Shown here: positions 13,230 to 26,176 of the stretch, piece by piece
Position numbering within the stretch: the stretch's first letter is position 1
Layout of the letters: each line of letters begins with the position of its first letter
Assembly (NCBI GenBank): GCA_052327205.1
Contig: CM126205.1
Location: forward strand, 273,420,001-273,484,000
Origin: Somniosus microcephalus
Taxonomy: Eukaryota
Direction: 5' to 3'
DNA: 64,000 nt
The notes under the pieces: model-generated
Databases searched by the model: none
Told to the model about the DNA's origin: nothing
Seen by the model: only the letters and a program-made list of their open reading frames with translations
Position numbers and translations under genes: made by a program

Positions 13230-14100
13230 ATGGAAGGGTCTTCACAGTACTGATCCTCAAGGCCAAGTTCCAAGTCCCATGGCTTCCTCTACATCTAGAC
13301 CTACATCCTCCTGCGATTCCATGTCTAGTTCATTTTGAATTGAGATTCTGAAGGGTACAGTAAGCAACAACAATGCAAGCAACACACTCTGAAGCAGAGC
13401 CCTCCAGAATGCAGCAAAACCTTGTGTTGAAAAGCTCTATAGTCCTCTCCATGATCAATCTTGTTAATGAATGGGATTCATTGTGGCAATGTTCTGCTGG
13501 TGTGTTCAGTAGATGAAGTGGGTTCAGAAGCCATGGGAGCGAGGGGTACATCATGTCTCCCTGAAGCCATCCTGACAAGACCATCTTCCCCAAATACAGC
13601 GAGAGGCTGCAGTACCTCGAAGAAAATCTAAACTCCGCAAATTTGGCACTGAAATGTAGGATTCATTGTAGCTGGTCACAGACAATGTGAACATTAAGTG
13701 AGTGGAATTGATTTCTATTCAGGAAATTTAATGGGTCCACAATAGGAGCCTGCAATACAAAATACATCTTATTACTCCCTGAACTTGGGAAGCCAACAAT
13801 GTGATAGAGCTGAAAGATCCTGTTATGCTGCTGCCTAAGAATCATCTCAAGATGGGAGAAATTCCCCCTCACAGCTGCTTGGAAGAAGCCAGTAGCTTAA
13901 AAGTTTAGAGCTATGCTATCTTTAACTACCACAGGCAGAGTAGTTTGATTTCTTGATCTAGCTGCAGGTCATCATGCAGTGGTATAATTCATCCAGGGCT
14001 TCCTTCGTGAATCAAAAGGCAAAAACACAAGATCTCCAGGACCCAAACCCACTGTGGGATAAGAGGGGTAGTAGCAAGTTGGCCTCATCTTCCTTTGATG
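13230..14100 (-). pseudogene. Fossil PIF/Harbinger (HARBI1-like DDE) transposase
   Basis: Broken-frame motifs: PVVVKDSIALNF*ATGFFQ, IVGFP, FLNRNQFHSLNVHIVCD, GWLQGDMMYPSLPWLLNP, HNESHSLTRLIMERTIELFNTRFCC. Confidence 0.8.
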
Positions 14101-15298
14101 TTGCTTCACTCCCTTGTGCTGCCTTCTGTTCTCATACTCCTTGATCAAGATTACAAACGGGGAAATTCCCACAGGAAAACCTGTAGTGCTCTACGGTACC
14201 CCTTACTGTGTAGGCCACAAATATGCTGGTGGCCTGACAATCCTTCACTTCTGTACCTCAGAAGCAGAAGCTTAACACGACAAAAAAAATCTTGAAACAT
14301 GCAGGCAAACCAGAGATGGTTAAACGTTGTCCAGGCAGTGAACTCCTTTAAATGGATCACTTCTACTGCAGATCTGCTTCTGACAAGGTTACAACTCTCA
14401 TCAACTTGTAAGTTGCACCAACAGAAAGGATATCTAGTGGGGATGGAAGGCACAGGAATTCTGATGCCTTATGCCATCTGCCATCCATCTCTTTTGAATG
14501 TCTGCACTGGTAATGTGGGCAGAAGAATTTGCCCCTTCCAAGCAGACTGGAATTTTGATGAAATGAAAATGGGGCTTAAACCCACCAGAATTGGATCCAG
14601 TTCTAAATTCCAGCCCAGTAAAATGAGAAGCACTCCCATATGGCCCCTAACAACCAAGGTAAGACTATCTGGTCTGTCATTTCCTGGCTATACTTGTCCT
14701 CTTGGACAGGCATACAATATTTGCCACCCTCCAGTCTTTTTGGGACAATTCAAACTTTTCCAAACATTTTTGGAATATTATCGTTAGTAACTCTATTCTC
14801 TTATTGGACTTTAGGTAGGTAGATCTAATAAGTTTTAAACATTAGCTTCAGGCGATTCACTGTTACAAGAACTGCAGTCACTTGCAGCTACAGTAACATC
14901 TGAACTCAAGCTAATCAAATTATTGATTCTTTGAAGGACAATGGGTATTTTATTTGTAGATAGTTTTGATTGTTGACATGTATCAAGGAGTGCAAGCTTA
15001 CACACATTTATCTCTATTGGCTAAGTCACCAAAATGATCGATCTTTCTAAGGAAATGCCTAGTTGTGCACGGATATCATTTACAAGTTCTAGCTAAAGAA
15101 AATGTTGTATGTCGAATTGCTCATCAACATGGATTGAATTAATCACCTACCATTGTGCTTTTGAACTGATTTGACTGCCAGATGAAGTGCGGTCAGGAGG
15201 CCAGAGACAAAAATGACATCAGTGTTAGCTTCTTTTGTCATGATGAGTTAAAGCCATGTTCACTCAGAAATTGACCCAGTTTGTTTTGATGCATAGAA

Positions 15299-15958
15299 GT
15301 CCCAGAATTCACGGTCAACGGCATAGCTAAGGAGAATGCAGCTGACAGCCGAACGAAATCTGTGCTTACCTCATGCAAACCCTCCCTTCAAAAAGTTGCT
15401 TTCAACCGCTGCAGAGTAGATCCCAGGGGTGCACCATTGTGCGTATGCGAACCTGGGATCACGTGGGGCGGTGCTCCTTTCACTTCTTGACTCTTAGCCA
15501 ATCAGAAAACAGAGGAGATTGCTGATTTGCCCACAGCTCATTTTAAATAATTTAGCCGCTAGAAATGCTATTTTATTAATAAATTACAATCATTGCAATA
15601 ACATTTAATATAAAAACCACAATACACAAACCTATAATTAGTCTTATAGTCCTATCAAATTGGTTTCTCCTATTAGTCTAAAAAACTTGATTAATTTAAA
15701 TAATCCAAAATCGAGTGTTTAAATGTCTGGTAACATGAGGAAATCAGGATATCTAAATAGAAGTTGGGAGTTAAATCAAAACTACAAAAGGCTTTTGGGT
15801 AGCAAAGACGGTGACACAAATGGCCCCATTTTCAAACTCGAACAAGTGAAAGTTTCTTTCAAGCATGCGCTTGGGAAATCCCAAACTTGATCAATTTCAA
15901 AAGGCGGTATGACAGCGTACTCAGAATACGCCGTCATACCGACCATGAATTAAGGGCC
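15299..15958. mobile_element. Non-autonomous DNA transposon (Harbinger-like TIRs), degenerate
   Basis: Imperfect TIRs GTCCCAGAATTCACGGTC vs reverse complement GGCCCTTAATTCATGGTC. Confidence 0.45.
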
Positions 15959-16616
15959 ATTATTTCTGTGGCAGGTATTCCAAAAGGGGCAAACCCATTC
16001 GCCAAGCCACAATTTAATAGACTGTTGATTCTACCATCTTCCAAAGCCGAGGAAGATCTTGATCTACTAAGTTGAAGTACAGTGATTAGCGTTTCCTGAT
16101 AAAAACTGCTTTTTGAAAAAAATTACCTAGATATTAGGCAGATTAAAAAAAACTTATTTATATAGCACCTTTAACGTAGTAAAACGGCCCAAGGCGCTTC
16201 ACAGGAATGTCACAAAACAAAATTTGACACCGATCTACATGATATATTAGGGGAAAAAGGAGGTCGCATTTAAGGAGTGTGTTAAAAGGAGAGAGGTGTA
16301 GAGGGGTTTAGGGAGGGAATTCCAGAGCTTAGGGCCTTGGCAGCCGAGGGCATGGCTGCCAATGGAGGAGCAATTCAAAATCAGGGATGCTCAAGAGGCC
16401 AGAATTGGAGATAAAGGCAAAATTTGAATTGTAGGGAGTAAGGGTGTGCCTATGGAAGTGATCTGAAGTGCTGACCCAGGGAGAATATCTGGAATAAAAA
16501 AATCTAACAGCCTGTTTTGGGAATATATATGGCAGCTTTTCCTGTAATTTTTAGTTCAGCACTGTTGCAGTTTCTGTAATTGACACGACATGCAATAAGC
16601 AGGACTAACATCTTAC

Positions 16617-17232
16617 CCACATACAAACATCCACCAAAACCTTTCAACTTTGACAAGGGCATAAAGCGTCAATATCGGATAGGCTGTCCATTGTACACCA
16701 CCTGATTTTCTGTCGCCGATCAAATATTGCCCGCTTTTCGCCCTTGCTGAAGTTGAACGTTCCGGCCATCATAACAGAGACTTCGAGGCGATTTGCCTTT
16801 AACAAATCCATGTTGGCCAAAACACCACTGGAGTGCTTGATCAGTGCTTTAGTCGCCCAGCAGCCATTTAATGGAGTGGCTGTAACTTGTTTTTATAAAA
16901 AACCCAATTCCCTTGCCATGGCCTTCCACACCTTTTCCCCTTCCCATCCCTCCACCACATGCAAAACTGCCAGCCCATCACCAGCTGCTTGTTCTGCTCC
17001 CACTGCATGACAGGCAGCACCAAGAGTACCATAAATGAGCTGATTTCATTGAGTGAGGTCAGCTCATCCCAGCACAGGCACATGGAGCTCCTGAACACCT
17101 ACCATAATGTATTCACATATAATGGCTGAGCACTTTGTTCCAAACCGATAGCCATGTGTTTTTGTTCAAGGATAGAGCAACAATTGTTTCATACTTCAAG
17201 TAGTTCAAGGCAACTTTGGAGCCATAAGTTTC
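16617..17232 (-). other. Candidate non-coding/5'UTR exon of the minus-strand transcript from the 25-kb promoter
   Basis: Apparently unique sequence bounded by acceptor TTTCAAG| and donor GTGG|GTAAGA; stops in all three frames. Confidence 0.3.
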
Positions 17233-19140
17233 CTTGAAATTAAGTTCAAAGAAGATATGAAAAACAAAGTCTCAAGGAAAAGAACATATTATTCTTGGAG
17301 AAAAATGTTATCTTTGCCTTTATATCCACTTGTTCCTTTGTAATCTTTAATTTCTATTTTTATCCTTGTAGACCAAATTTTCCTCCAGAATTAATCCAAA
17401 CTACCACTAAAATCATTAACCATAATGTCCTTGAGAAAAATAACTGAATATATTTAGATGTTTGAAGAAAACAATTGTAGAACCAAAACTTGACTGCTGG
17501 TCAAGCTTTTAAAGCAATAATTTTAACTCTTAATGGTTCATTTCAGTCATGTTCATGAAATGAAAAGGTCATTTTTATTTTTGCATTGACTTGTGCCCCA
17601 TCTGCTTTAAAATAATTAGACAGAATGCAAAGTTGATGCACACCAACTTACTGGCAAATGATCAAAAACAGAACTTAAGCCACCTACTTTGGCAAAGCAC
17701 ATTTTCTATTGCCAAGTTTGGCACAAACTTTAAGCCTTGCAAACATGAAGATATTGCTGCATTTGTGCAGAATGACAAATAAGCAAAACAAAAATAAGCA
17801 AAGCGCCTGTGTTACCAATTTTTCCTTAAAACATATCTGAATCTGGTAGCAAAAATTAAAAAGTTTAGAACTCAGTATGAATTAGTTCAATGTTAATGAG
17901 CTCTAATTCAAGATGCACCCATCATTTAAATTTAACAAAAACAGTGTTCATCAGGCAAAGGGCAGAGAAATTGGCACAATTTGTGCTAGCGAGATCGGAG
18001 GTGTCGGGGGAGGGGAAATATTGGAGGGCCACAGCAGGGGAGTGCAGAGGAGGGAGAGGGGGATTGGAAAGTTCAGAGGGGTAGGTAGATCAATCACAGT
18101 CCCGGGGGGGGGGGGGGGCAGCGAGTTTGTCCGATCACGGTCAGGGAAGCAGGTAAGCTGGATTCAGTGGGTAAGTGGAAAGATTCTTACCTGCTGGATC
18201 CAGCAGTCCTTGCCTCCCTTTAGCTGCTGGGTAAACTATAAAATGGAGATTAAATCTGAGTAACACAGCCTCATTATAATATTTAAATGGCCGACCCACC
18301 TCCTGAGAGCAGGTTGATTGCCTGCACCCCACACCCCTCCCCACCCCCATCACTTCCATTAAAACCTGAAGTGGTCAGGTTGAGATTTTTAACACCAACA
18401 TCCCACCCGGCCCAAACCCACCTGTTTCTAGGGGGTTAAAATTCCCCCTCAATGCTTCAGCTATCCTTGCACCTACATCAGTTGTTTCCAAACTCCAACT
18501 ATCTAGTCTTTGGCCCTCTATTTGCCACAATTCCTCTGCAGCTATTAATTTGCTCAACTACTCACTCACCTCCACTGCCCTTGTTCCCAGTACAACCCTT
18601 ATACTCTCCCAACCTGGTCATTCCCCCTAGTATGGCCCCCAAGTCCAAGCGGCAGAGATTTTTTACACCATCCATTGCCAGTTCTGGCTGGACAACATCA
18701 TGCGCTCTCAGGTTAGCTCTCCTCTATCAAAACCCTTCACTACTCCAGGATGATCTTGGAAAGCAAAGGCAGTCTTCTGTTTCTTTTCTTCACTACCAAC
18801 CATCTCCTTAAATCCATCTTCCCCTCCTCCACCCTCACCATCCTGCAACAAGTGCAAGCAACTCATGGACTTTGTCGCTAAGATTGAGACCATCTGTTCA
18901 GCTGCATCCCCTCCACCCCACCCCAAGCAAAATCTCCCCCAAAGTTCCTCCCTAACCTAGCTCTGAACCATTGTTTTTCCTCTAGATTCTTTCCCATCGC
19001 CCCTCATGCCTTCTCTGAGCTCATGTTCACAAAACCCACCTTCTGCACTCTTAACTCCATTCACACTAAACTACTGACCATCCAACTTCACTTCCTGGCC
19101 CTGATAGCTGATATTATAAAATGGTTCCCTCTCCTCAGAT

Positions 19141-19930
19141 TAAGCTGACCGTATGTCCCCATTTCCCAGGGACAGTCCCCGGATGAGGTAGCGTGTCCTG
19201 GGTAAACAATGTCCACGGAAGAGCCCCCAGTTCAGAAAACTCATCTTTGTTTTGTAAAACACGAGTGTACAGAAACCCCCGGGGGGGAGGGGGGGAAGAA
19301 AGATTCTCGGTCCGTTCCCACCCGGTTTGAGCTCAGGAACGGATTCCAGAAGCTGGTTGAAAAGAGACAACGATGGCAGCCCCACCTTCCCACAATGCCG
19401 CGTGGTGGAGAAAAGGTCTCATTGATAGCTTGGGCCGCACTCCACTGGGTGATTGAGTCATCTGACCCCATGTTTCAGCCAGTAGTGACTGGCCAGAGTG
19501 CAGAACCTTTAAAATGCGTGGGAGAAGCCGAGGGCGCATGGAGTGCTGGTGGGTGAGTGGATTTATTTTTCCTCCGATTAGTATGGTGCTTTGTTTTTTT
19601 TTCCCCACTGAATAAGGCAAGCTCTAAATTGTCCCACCAGGAAGAGGTTTCTGAAACCTCCTGAGACAGAGGGTGTTTCATACCTTAAATGGAAAATCTG
19701 CCTGTTTGGAACTGATTTAAAATTGAGAAATTAAAAGTTAGGGTATTTGGGGACAAGTATAGATGGTACAGCACTATTGCCAGAACACACGCAAGATGAG
19801 AGATTTGGTGTAAAGTAAAAATGGCATCATCTCTGCACGTATTCTACTAGCCGAAGCAACAAAGTCGTCATGCCAGTTTTCTTGAAACACATCCTGGCTA
19901 CTTTGTGGTCTTCCCATCCTGTGTATCCCA

Positions 19931-19959
<29 letters not shown>
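19141..19959. mobile_element. Non-autonomous hAT (Blackjack-type) element
   Basis: TIRs TAAGCTGACCGTAT / ATATGGTCACCCTA (Blackjack-type TAGGGTGACC); 8-bp TSD CCTCAGAT/CCTCAGAC. Confidence 0.75.
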
Positions 19960-19961
<2 letters not shown>

Positions 19962-20708
19962 TCAGACACAGATCAACATCATCCAAAGACCTGGGGTCTG
20001 TTCAGCATACATGTGGAACCCATGTTCCCCATAAGGTGCGTGGCAATCATGAGATCCCATGCAGGCCACACACCAGCGCTGCTGCTGGAAGAGATACCGT
20101 GCACAGCGGCCTCGTAAATCTAAAGGGCCCGCGCAGGGAAAAAAAATTTGAGGGAACATTGACACTGACTATATCCAATTTAACTCGCCATCACTTCCCT
20201 CGACCAATCTGCTGCTTTGGTGTTGTCAGAATGGTCATCAGATATCCAGCCTTGGATGATTCACAATTTCCTCCAGTTAACCATCAAGTCCAAATCCAGT
20301 CTTAAAGCCCCACCATAAACTCAGTGCTGTTGCTCTCTATTCCATTCCCCAACACCGACCGCTGTCTCCGGTTGAACCGGAATGTTGCAACGGACATCCT
20401 TTTTAATCCCAAGCAGAGCTTCCAACCTTTATCCTCTCCATTTGAAAGACTAACTACTTCCACTCAATAACAGTGCACGTCTCCATCGCTGCCTCAGCCC
20501 ATCCATGCTTTTGTTACAACCAGATGCTATTTTTACAATTCTCTCCAGGCTGGTGTTCCATCCTCCACCCGCCATAAACTTGAGCTTAAATTCTGCTGCC
20601 CATATCCTATCCCACATCAAGTTCCACTCTCACATCACCCTTGCGTTCGTTGACCTGCATGGACACCCAGTCCCCAAACTTAAAAATTCTCATTCTTGTA
20701 TTTAAATC

Positions 20709-22038
20709 AGGTTGGGTGATTGGGCAGAAGCATGGCAGATGCAATAGAACGTGGATAAATGCGAGGTTATCCACTTTGGTGTCAAAAACAGGAAGGAAGA
20801 TTATTATCTGAATGGCAATAGATTGGGAGAAGGGGAAGTGCAACGAGACCTGGGCGTCCTTGTGCACCAGTCGCTGAAAGCATGCATGCAGGTGCAGCAG
20901 GCAGTTAAGGCGGCAAATGGTATGTATGTTGGCCTTCGTAGCGAGAGGATTTGAGTACAGGAACAAGGATGTCTTGCTACAGTTGTACAGGGCCTTGGTG
21001 AGACCACACCTGGAGTATTGTGTGCAGTTTTGGTCGCCTTACCTGAGGAAGGACGTTCTTGCCATGGAAGGAGTGCAGCGAAGATTCACCAGGCTGATAC
21101 CTGGGATGGCAGGAATGACGTATGAGGAGAAATTGTGTCGATTGGGCTTATACTCACCGGAGTTTAGAAGATTGAGAGGGGATCTCATCGAAACCTATAA
21201 AATTCCGTCAGGCCTGGACAGACTAGATGCAGGAAGGATGTTTTTGATGGCCGGGGAGTCCAGAACCAGGGGTCATAGTCTAAGGATAAGGGGTGAGCCA
21301 TTTAGGACTGAAATGAGGAGGAATTTCTTCACCCAGAGAGTGGTGAACCTGTGGCATTCTCTGCCACAGAGGGCGGTGGAGGCCAGTTCATTAAATATAT
21401 TCAAGAAAGAGTTGGATATATTTCTTGAAGCTAAAGGGATCAAGGGATATGGGGAGAAGGCAGGGACAGGGTACTGAATTTGGATGATCAGCCATGATCT
21501 CATTGAATGGCGGAGCAGGCTCGAAGGGCCGAATGGCCTACTCCTATCTTCTATGTTTCTATGATACCTGGGATGGCAGGAATGACGTATGAGGAGAGAT
21601 TGGGTCGATTGGGCTTATACTCGCTGGAGTTTAGAAGAATGAGAGGGGATCTCATTGAAACTGATAAAATTCTAACAGGACTAGACAGACTAGATGCTGG
21701 AAGGATATTCCCAATGGTCGGGGAGTCCAGCACCAGGGGTCACAGCCTAAGGATAAGGGGTAAGCCATTTAGGAAAGAGATGAGGAGGAATTTCTTCACC
21801 CAGAGTGGTGAACCTATGGAATTCTCTGCCAAAGAAGGCAGTAGAGGCCAATTCATTAAATATATTCAAGAAGGAGTTGGATATATTTCTTAAGGCTAAA
21901 GGGATCAAGGGATATGGAGAGAAGGCAGGAACAGGATACTGAATTTGGATGATCATCCATGATCTCATTGAATGGCAGAGCAGGCTCGAGGGGCCGAATA
22001 GCCTACTCCTGCTCCTATCTTCTATGTTTCTATGTTTC
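20709..22038 (+). mobile_element. Two tandem 5'-truncated CR1 LINE 3' ends (20709-21560 and 21561-22038)
   Basis: LVRPHLEYCVQFWSPY...RRNFFTQRVVNLW C-terminus; each copy ends in a (TTCTATGT)n tail. Confidence 0.9.
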
Positions 22039-22639
22039 TATCCCATCAGGGGTTCTCCAGTCTTACAACCCTCAGAGCTCTGCATTCCTCCAACTATAGA
22101 CTCTTCTGCATCCCCACTCCCTTCACCCCACCATTGGCAGCTTTGGCTTCAGCAGTCTAGACCAGAAGATTTAGAATGCCCTCCCTAAGCCTCTCCACCT
22201 TTGAACAAGCTTTTAGTCACCTCTTCTTTGGCTCAGCATTGATTTTTGTATGATTACGCTTCGGTGAAGCACTTTGGGACATTTTTCTATTTTAAAAAGA
22301 TGCTAGATCAATCCAAGTTTGTGTTATCTCCACATGAACTCCTTTTCCTCACTGAAATCATGCATCATTATCTGAAACCCCAGAAGAATTTTACGTCTTC
22401 ACCACTTTGTTTAATGCTATTGAAATTGCAACAGCAGCCAAGAATATTGTAGGAAGCTATCGGCAAAAGGAAATTGTAAAAACTGCAAAATTGACGCATT
22501 TCCCATTAAAGCTAATTCAGCCGTCAAAATGCAAACAAATATCAAAGGTGGAAAAAAAATTGCCATAAAGTTCTGTGATTCATGGGCCTGATTTTGCTGT
22601 AGCAGGGCATCTAACTGCCTTTGCCATTAGACTTGCCCC

Positions 22640-24360
22640 TACAACAGCAATGGGAAACATTTAAAACGGTGTTCAATGGAGTCCAGGAAAAATATATTCC
22701 ACTAAAAAAAACTAAACACTAATGAGACACCATGGATGAATAAAGGGCAAGGAAAGTGACATACATTAAGTACATGGACAGCAGGGGAGAGCACACTAAG
22801 GGAGAATAAGAGATGAGGAGAGAAGTTGAAAAAAATTAGGAAGGCAAAGAGGAACTATGAAATTAAATTATCAAGGAACATAAAACAAAAAATAGTAAAA
22901 TATTTTACAGGCACGTCAATAAAAAAGGAAAGCCAGGATGGAAATAGGACCACTAAGGAATGGACAGGATAATATCACAGGGCTATTTAAGGAGGGAGGT
23001 AGAACATGTCCAGGGAACTATAGACCAGTCAGCTTAACTTTGGTGGTAGGAAAAATAATGGAATCCCTACTAAAAAAGGAGAAAATAGAACACCTAGAAA
23101 CCAAAAATAGTATAATGAACAGTCAACATGGATTTCAAAAGGGAAAGTCTTGCTTGGCCAACCTCATTAAAAAAAAAATTCAAAGAGGTGACAGAGAGAG
23201 TAGACAATGGTAATGCAGTAGAATTTATCTAGATTTTCAAAAGGCCTTCGATAAGGTACCACATAATAGACTAATGAACAAGGTCAGAGAATGCGGAGTC
23301 AGGGGAACAAGTAACAGAATGGATAGCTAGCTGGCTTCAAGACAAGAAAGCAGAGAGTCGGGGTAAAGGGTAACTATTCACAGTGGCAGAAGGTGGGTAG
23401 TGGTGTTCCACAAGGATCAGTGCTGGGACCACTGCTGTTCACAACTTACATTAATGATTTAGACCTTGGAATCAAAAACAAATTCTAAATTTGCAGATGA
23501 CACCAAATTGGGGTGGGGGGTGGGGGTGCAAGAGTCAATACTGAAGAGAACAATAAACTTTCAGAATGGGCATATAATTGCCAAATGAATTTCAACACAT
23601 AAATGTGAGATATTACATTTTGGTAGGAAGAATAGGGAGGTCACTTATTACTTGGCTGGTGCAAGTCTGGGTGGGGTAGAGGAGCAAAGGGATTGCCGAG
23701 TACAAATACACAAATCACTAAAAGTTGCGACACAGGTTAGCAAGGCCATAAAAAAAAGCAGCAAACCAAGCACTAGGGTTTATTTCTAGAGGGATAGAAT
23801 TGAAAATCAGTGACGTTATGCTAAACTTGTATCGAACCTTGGTTAGACCACACAGTAGCGCACACAATTCTGGTTGCCATATTATAAAAAGGATATAGAG
23901 GCACTGGAGAGGGTGCAGAGAAGATTTACAAGGATGATACCAGAAATGCAAGGGTATACATATCAGGAAAGGATGAACAGGCTGGGTCTGTTTTCTCTTG
24001 AAAAAAAGGCCGAAGGGTGACTAAATAGAGGTCTTTAAAATTATGAAAGGTTTTGATAGAGTGGATACAGAAAGAATGTTTCCACTTGTGGGGAAGAGCA
24101 TAACTAGAGGCCATCAATATAAGTTAGTCACCAAGAAATCAAATAGGGAATTCAGAAGAAACTTCTTTACCCAATTTGTTGAAGCAATTAGTATAGATGT
24201 ATTTAAGGGGAGGCTAGATAAGCATAAGAGGGAGAAGGGAATAGAGGGTTACGCTGCTGGAGTTAGATGAGGAAAGACGAGGGGAAGCTTGAGTGGAGCA
24301 TAAATGCCGGTATGGACAGGTTGTGCCAAATTGCCTGTTTCTGTGCCATACATACCATGT
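22640..24360 (+). mobile_element. Degenerate CR1 LINE ORF2 fragment
   Basis: [38 protein letters not shown] motifs across frameshifts. Confidence 0.85.
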
Positions 24361-25024
24361 AAAACCTTCAGCTCAAAACATTTTTGCCCACAAAGTTGCT
24401 GAAGGTGTGACCTGATAATGGCGCAGCGAGGGAAACACAGCGTCTGGGGCATGAGTGAACATCGCAACCAACAGGGTAGCTTCTTCAACAAAGAGATTTA
24501 AGGATTGGGAAATAAACAGCAGAAGGACTGAGATGGAGGGTGAATTCAATATGAAATCAGGTACAAAAAAAGGGGGAAAGAAAAATTGGATGGAGATTAA
24601 AAAGCGACAAAGGAAAATTTAAATATTTCAAGTTAAAATTTGACATTTTTAAAATCTCCCCAAAAAAGGCACAACCTGAAGGAATGAGACTCCACATTTG
24701 TATTAGTTAATTTTCAGTGCCAGAGGGGTTGATTGGCAGTAATTCACAATTGAGTCATTAAAAGGGTACTTGCACTAGTTAGTAGCTCTAAATAACTGCA
24801 GCGGGCTTAGTTCGTATCTACCGCACGAATACAGCAACGTCATGACATTCAATGCACGTCAATGGGGAAGCAAAAATGCCATTTTTGAAGCTAACAGTGG
24901 AGCGGTGAAACTCAGACACCTCTTTTGGATATCGCCATTTAACCGCTTAGCTGCTCATCGCCTGAAGCTGCTGCACCATTTATACATAAACTAGCAGGGG
25001 AGCCCAGCGTTGCCAGTGCAATTT

Positions 25025-25480
25025 TGGGCCGCGCGGTCTCGGTGACCCTGTCTGTCCCCCCTCTCTATCCCTCTCCTGGTCTCCCTGTGCTGTCCTCTCC
25101 CTCCCTCCCCTCTCCCTGTCTAGCGCCCGAGGCCCGGTGCCGTTGTGATAGCGGCCGTGCGGGGCCTAGCGGTTGAGGCGCGGCTGGGCTGTCAGGCCGA
25201 GACGGACCCGAGCTGAGCTCCCCCACGGATCGCGCGGCTGACGGCCGGCCACTGCGGCTCCCCCGACCGGTGTGTGTGTCGGGCCGAGCGGTTGCGAGGC
25301 ACGGCCCGAGTGAGCCCAACTTACCTGCCGCTCCAGCGGGGCGGGAGCCGGAATGTGGGGGTTTGTTTTGGTGCTGCTGTCCCTGTGGGGATGGAAAAAA
25401 TGGCAGCGAAGTTTAGGGAGAGTGGAGGATTAGGACCCGCCTGTTACGCACTGATTCATCAACCATCAGGTGAGTGAACT
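25025..25480. promoter_or_regulatory. CpG-island promoter, probably bidirectional
   Basis: CpG/GC-dense non-repeat segment; GC box GGGGCGGG (~25338); YY1-type AAAATGGCAGC (~25397); minus-strand donor CAG|GTAAGT at 25325/25324 and plus-strand donor CAG|GTGAGT at 25469/25470. Confidence 0.7.
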
Positions 25481-25670
25481 GTAGGATTGGTCAAGCAGGA
25501 TGTCAGTCAACGCCAATGACAGGTAGGATTTTTGAACATTTTTTGTATATTGTCCTAACAATTTTTGTGTGATGAAAAAGTAAATACGCCTACGAGAGTC
25601 CCCTAATGATGAGCTTTCTTTTGATATAACATATGTGTAGGTACGCTCTATAACTTTTGATTGTATAGCC

Positions 25671-25699
25671 GGAGAGGGAGAGAGAGAGAGAGAGACACA

Positions 25700-25746
<47 letters not shown>
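25671..25746. repeat. (GA)n followed by (TA)n microsatellites
   Basis: Direct inspection. Confidence 0.95.
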
Positions 25747-25749
<3 letters not shown>

Positions 25750-26050
25750 CAAGCACCATTAGCTTCACCGTTATTTTGACAGCAAATTCTGGCCCATAAT
25801 CTACTTTAAGTATTCAACTGGAGCAGGCCAGGTCACAGCCACGCAACTAGTTCAACTGGGCAAGTCAAATAGCAGAGGTGGAGTCCACCTAAAATTCATG
25901 ATATCTAGCAAGGTAATAATTGGCATCATTTAAGCCTCTAAATGAGAATCTAAATACAGGAAATTCTCTTAACCGGCACCTAAATATCCAGAAATCTCTC
26001 TTAACCGGCAAAATTCAGGAGGAGGTTCAGGTAAGGTTTACTATATATTA

Positions 26051-26176
26051 GTGGCCGTGTAACCGGGGTTCCTGGATCTGTGGCCGTGTAACCGGGACTC
26101 CTGGATCTGTGGCCGTGTAACCGGGGCTCCTGCACCTGTGGCCGTGTAACCGGGGCTCCTGCACCTGTGGCCGTGT
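26051..26176. repeat. 29-bp minisatellite, ~4.3 copies
   Basis: Unit GTGGCCGTGTAACCGGGG(T/C)TCCTG(GAT/CAC)CT, head-to-tail with no spacers. Confidence 0.92.

Noticed and set aside
14299-14787. 162-codon ORF as the Harbinger Myb/SANT partner or a host gene
   Set aside because: No convincing motif beyond a weak W..V..AVN resemblance; cannot be supported
15225-15270. C/D-box snoRNA (ATGATGA)
   Set aside because: No properly placed D box or terminal stem
16650-17100. Protein-coding or selenoprotein exon
   Set aside because: All frames on both strands are interrupted; no recognisable protein family or SECIS evidence
26051-26176. 29-bp repeats as a CRISPR array
   Set aside because: Units are head-to-tail with no unique spacers, no cas genes, eukaryotic context
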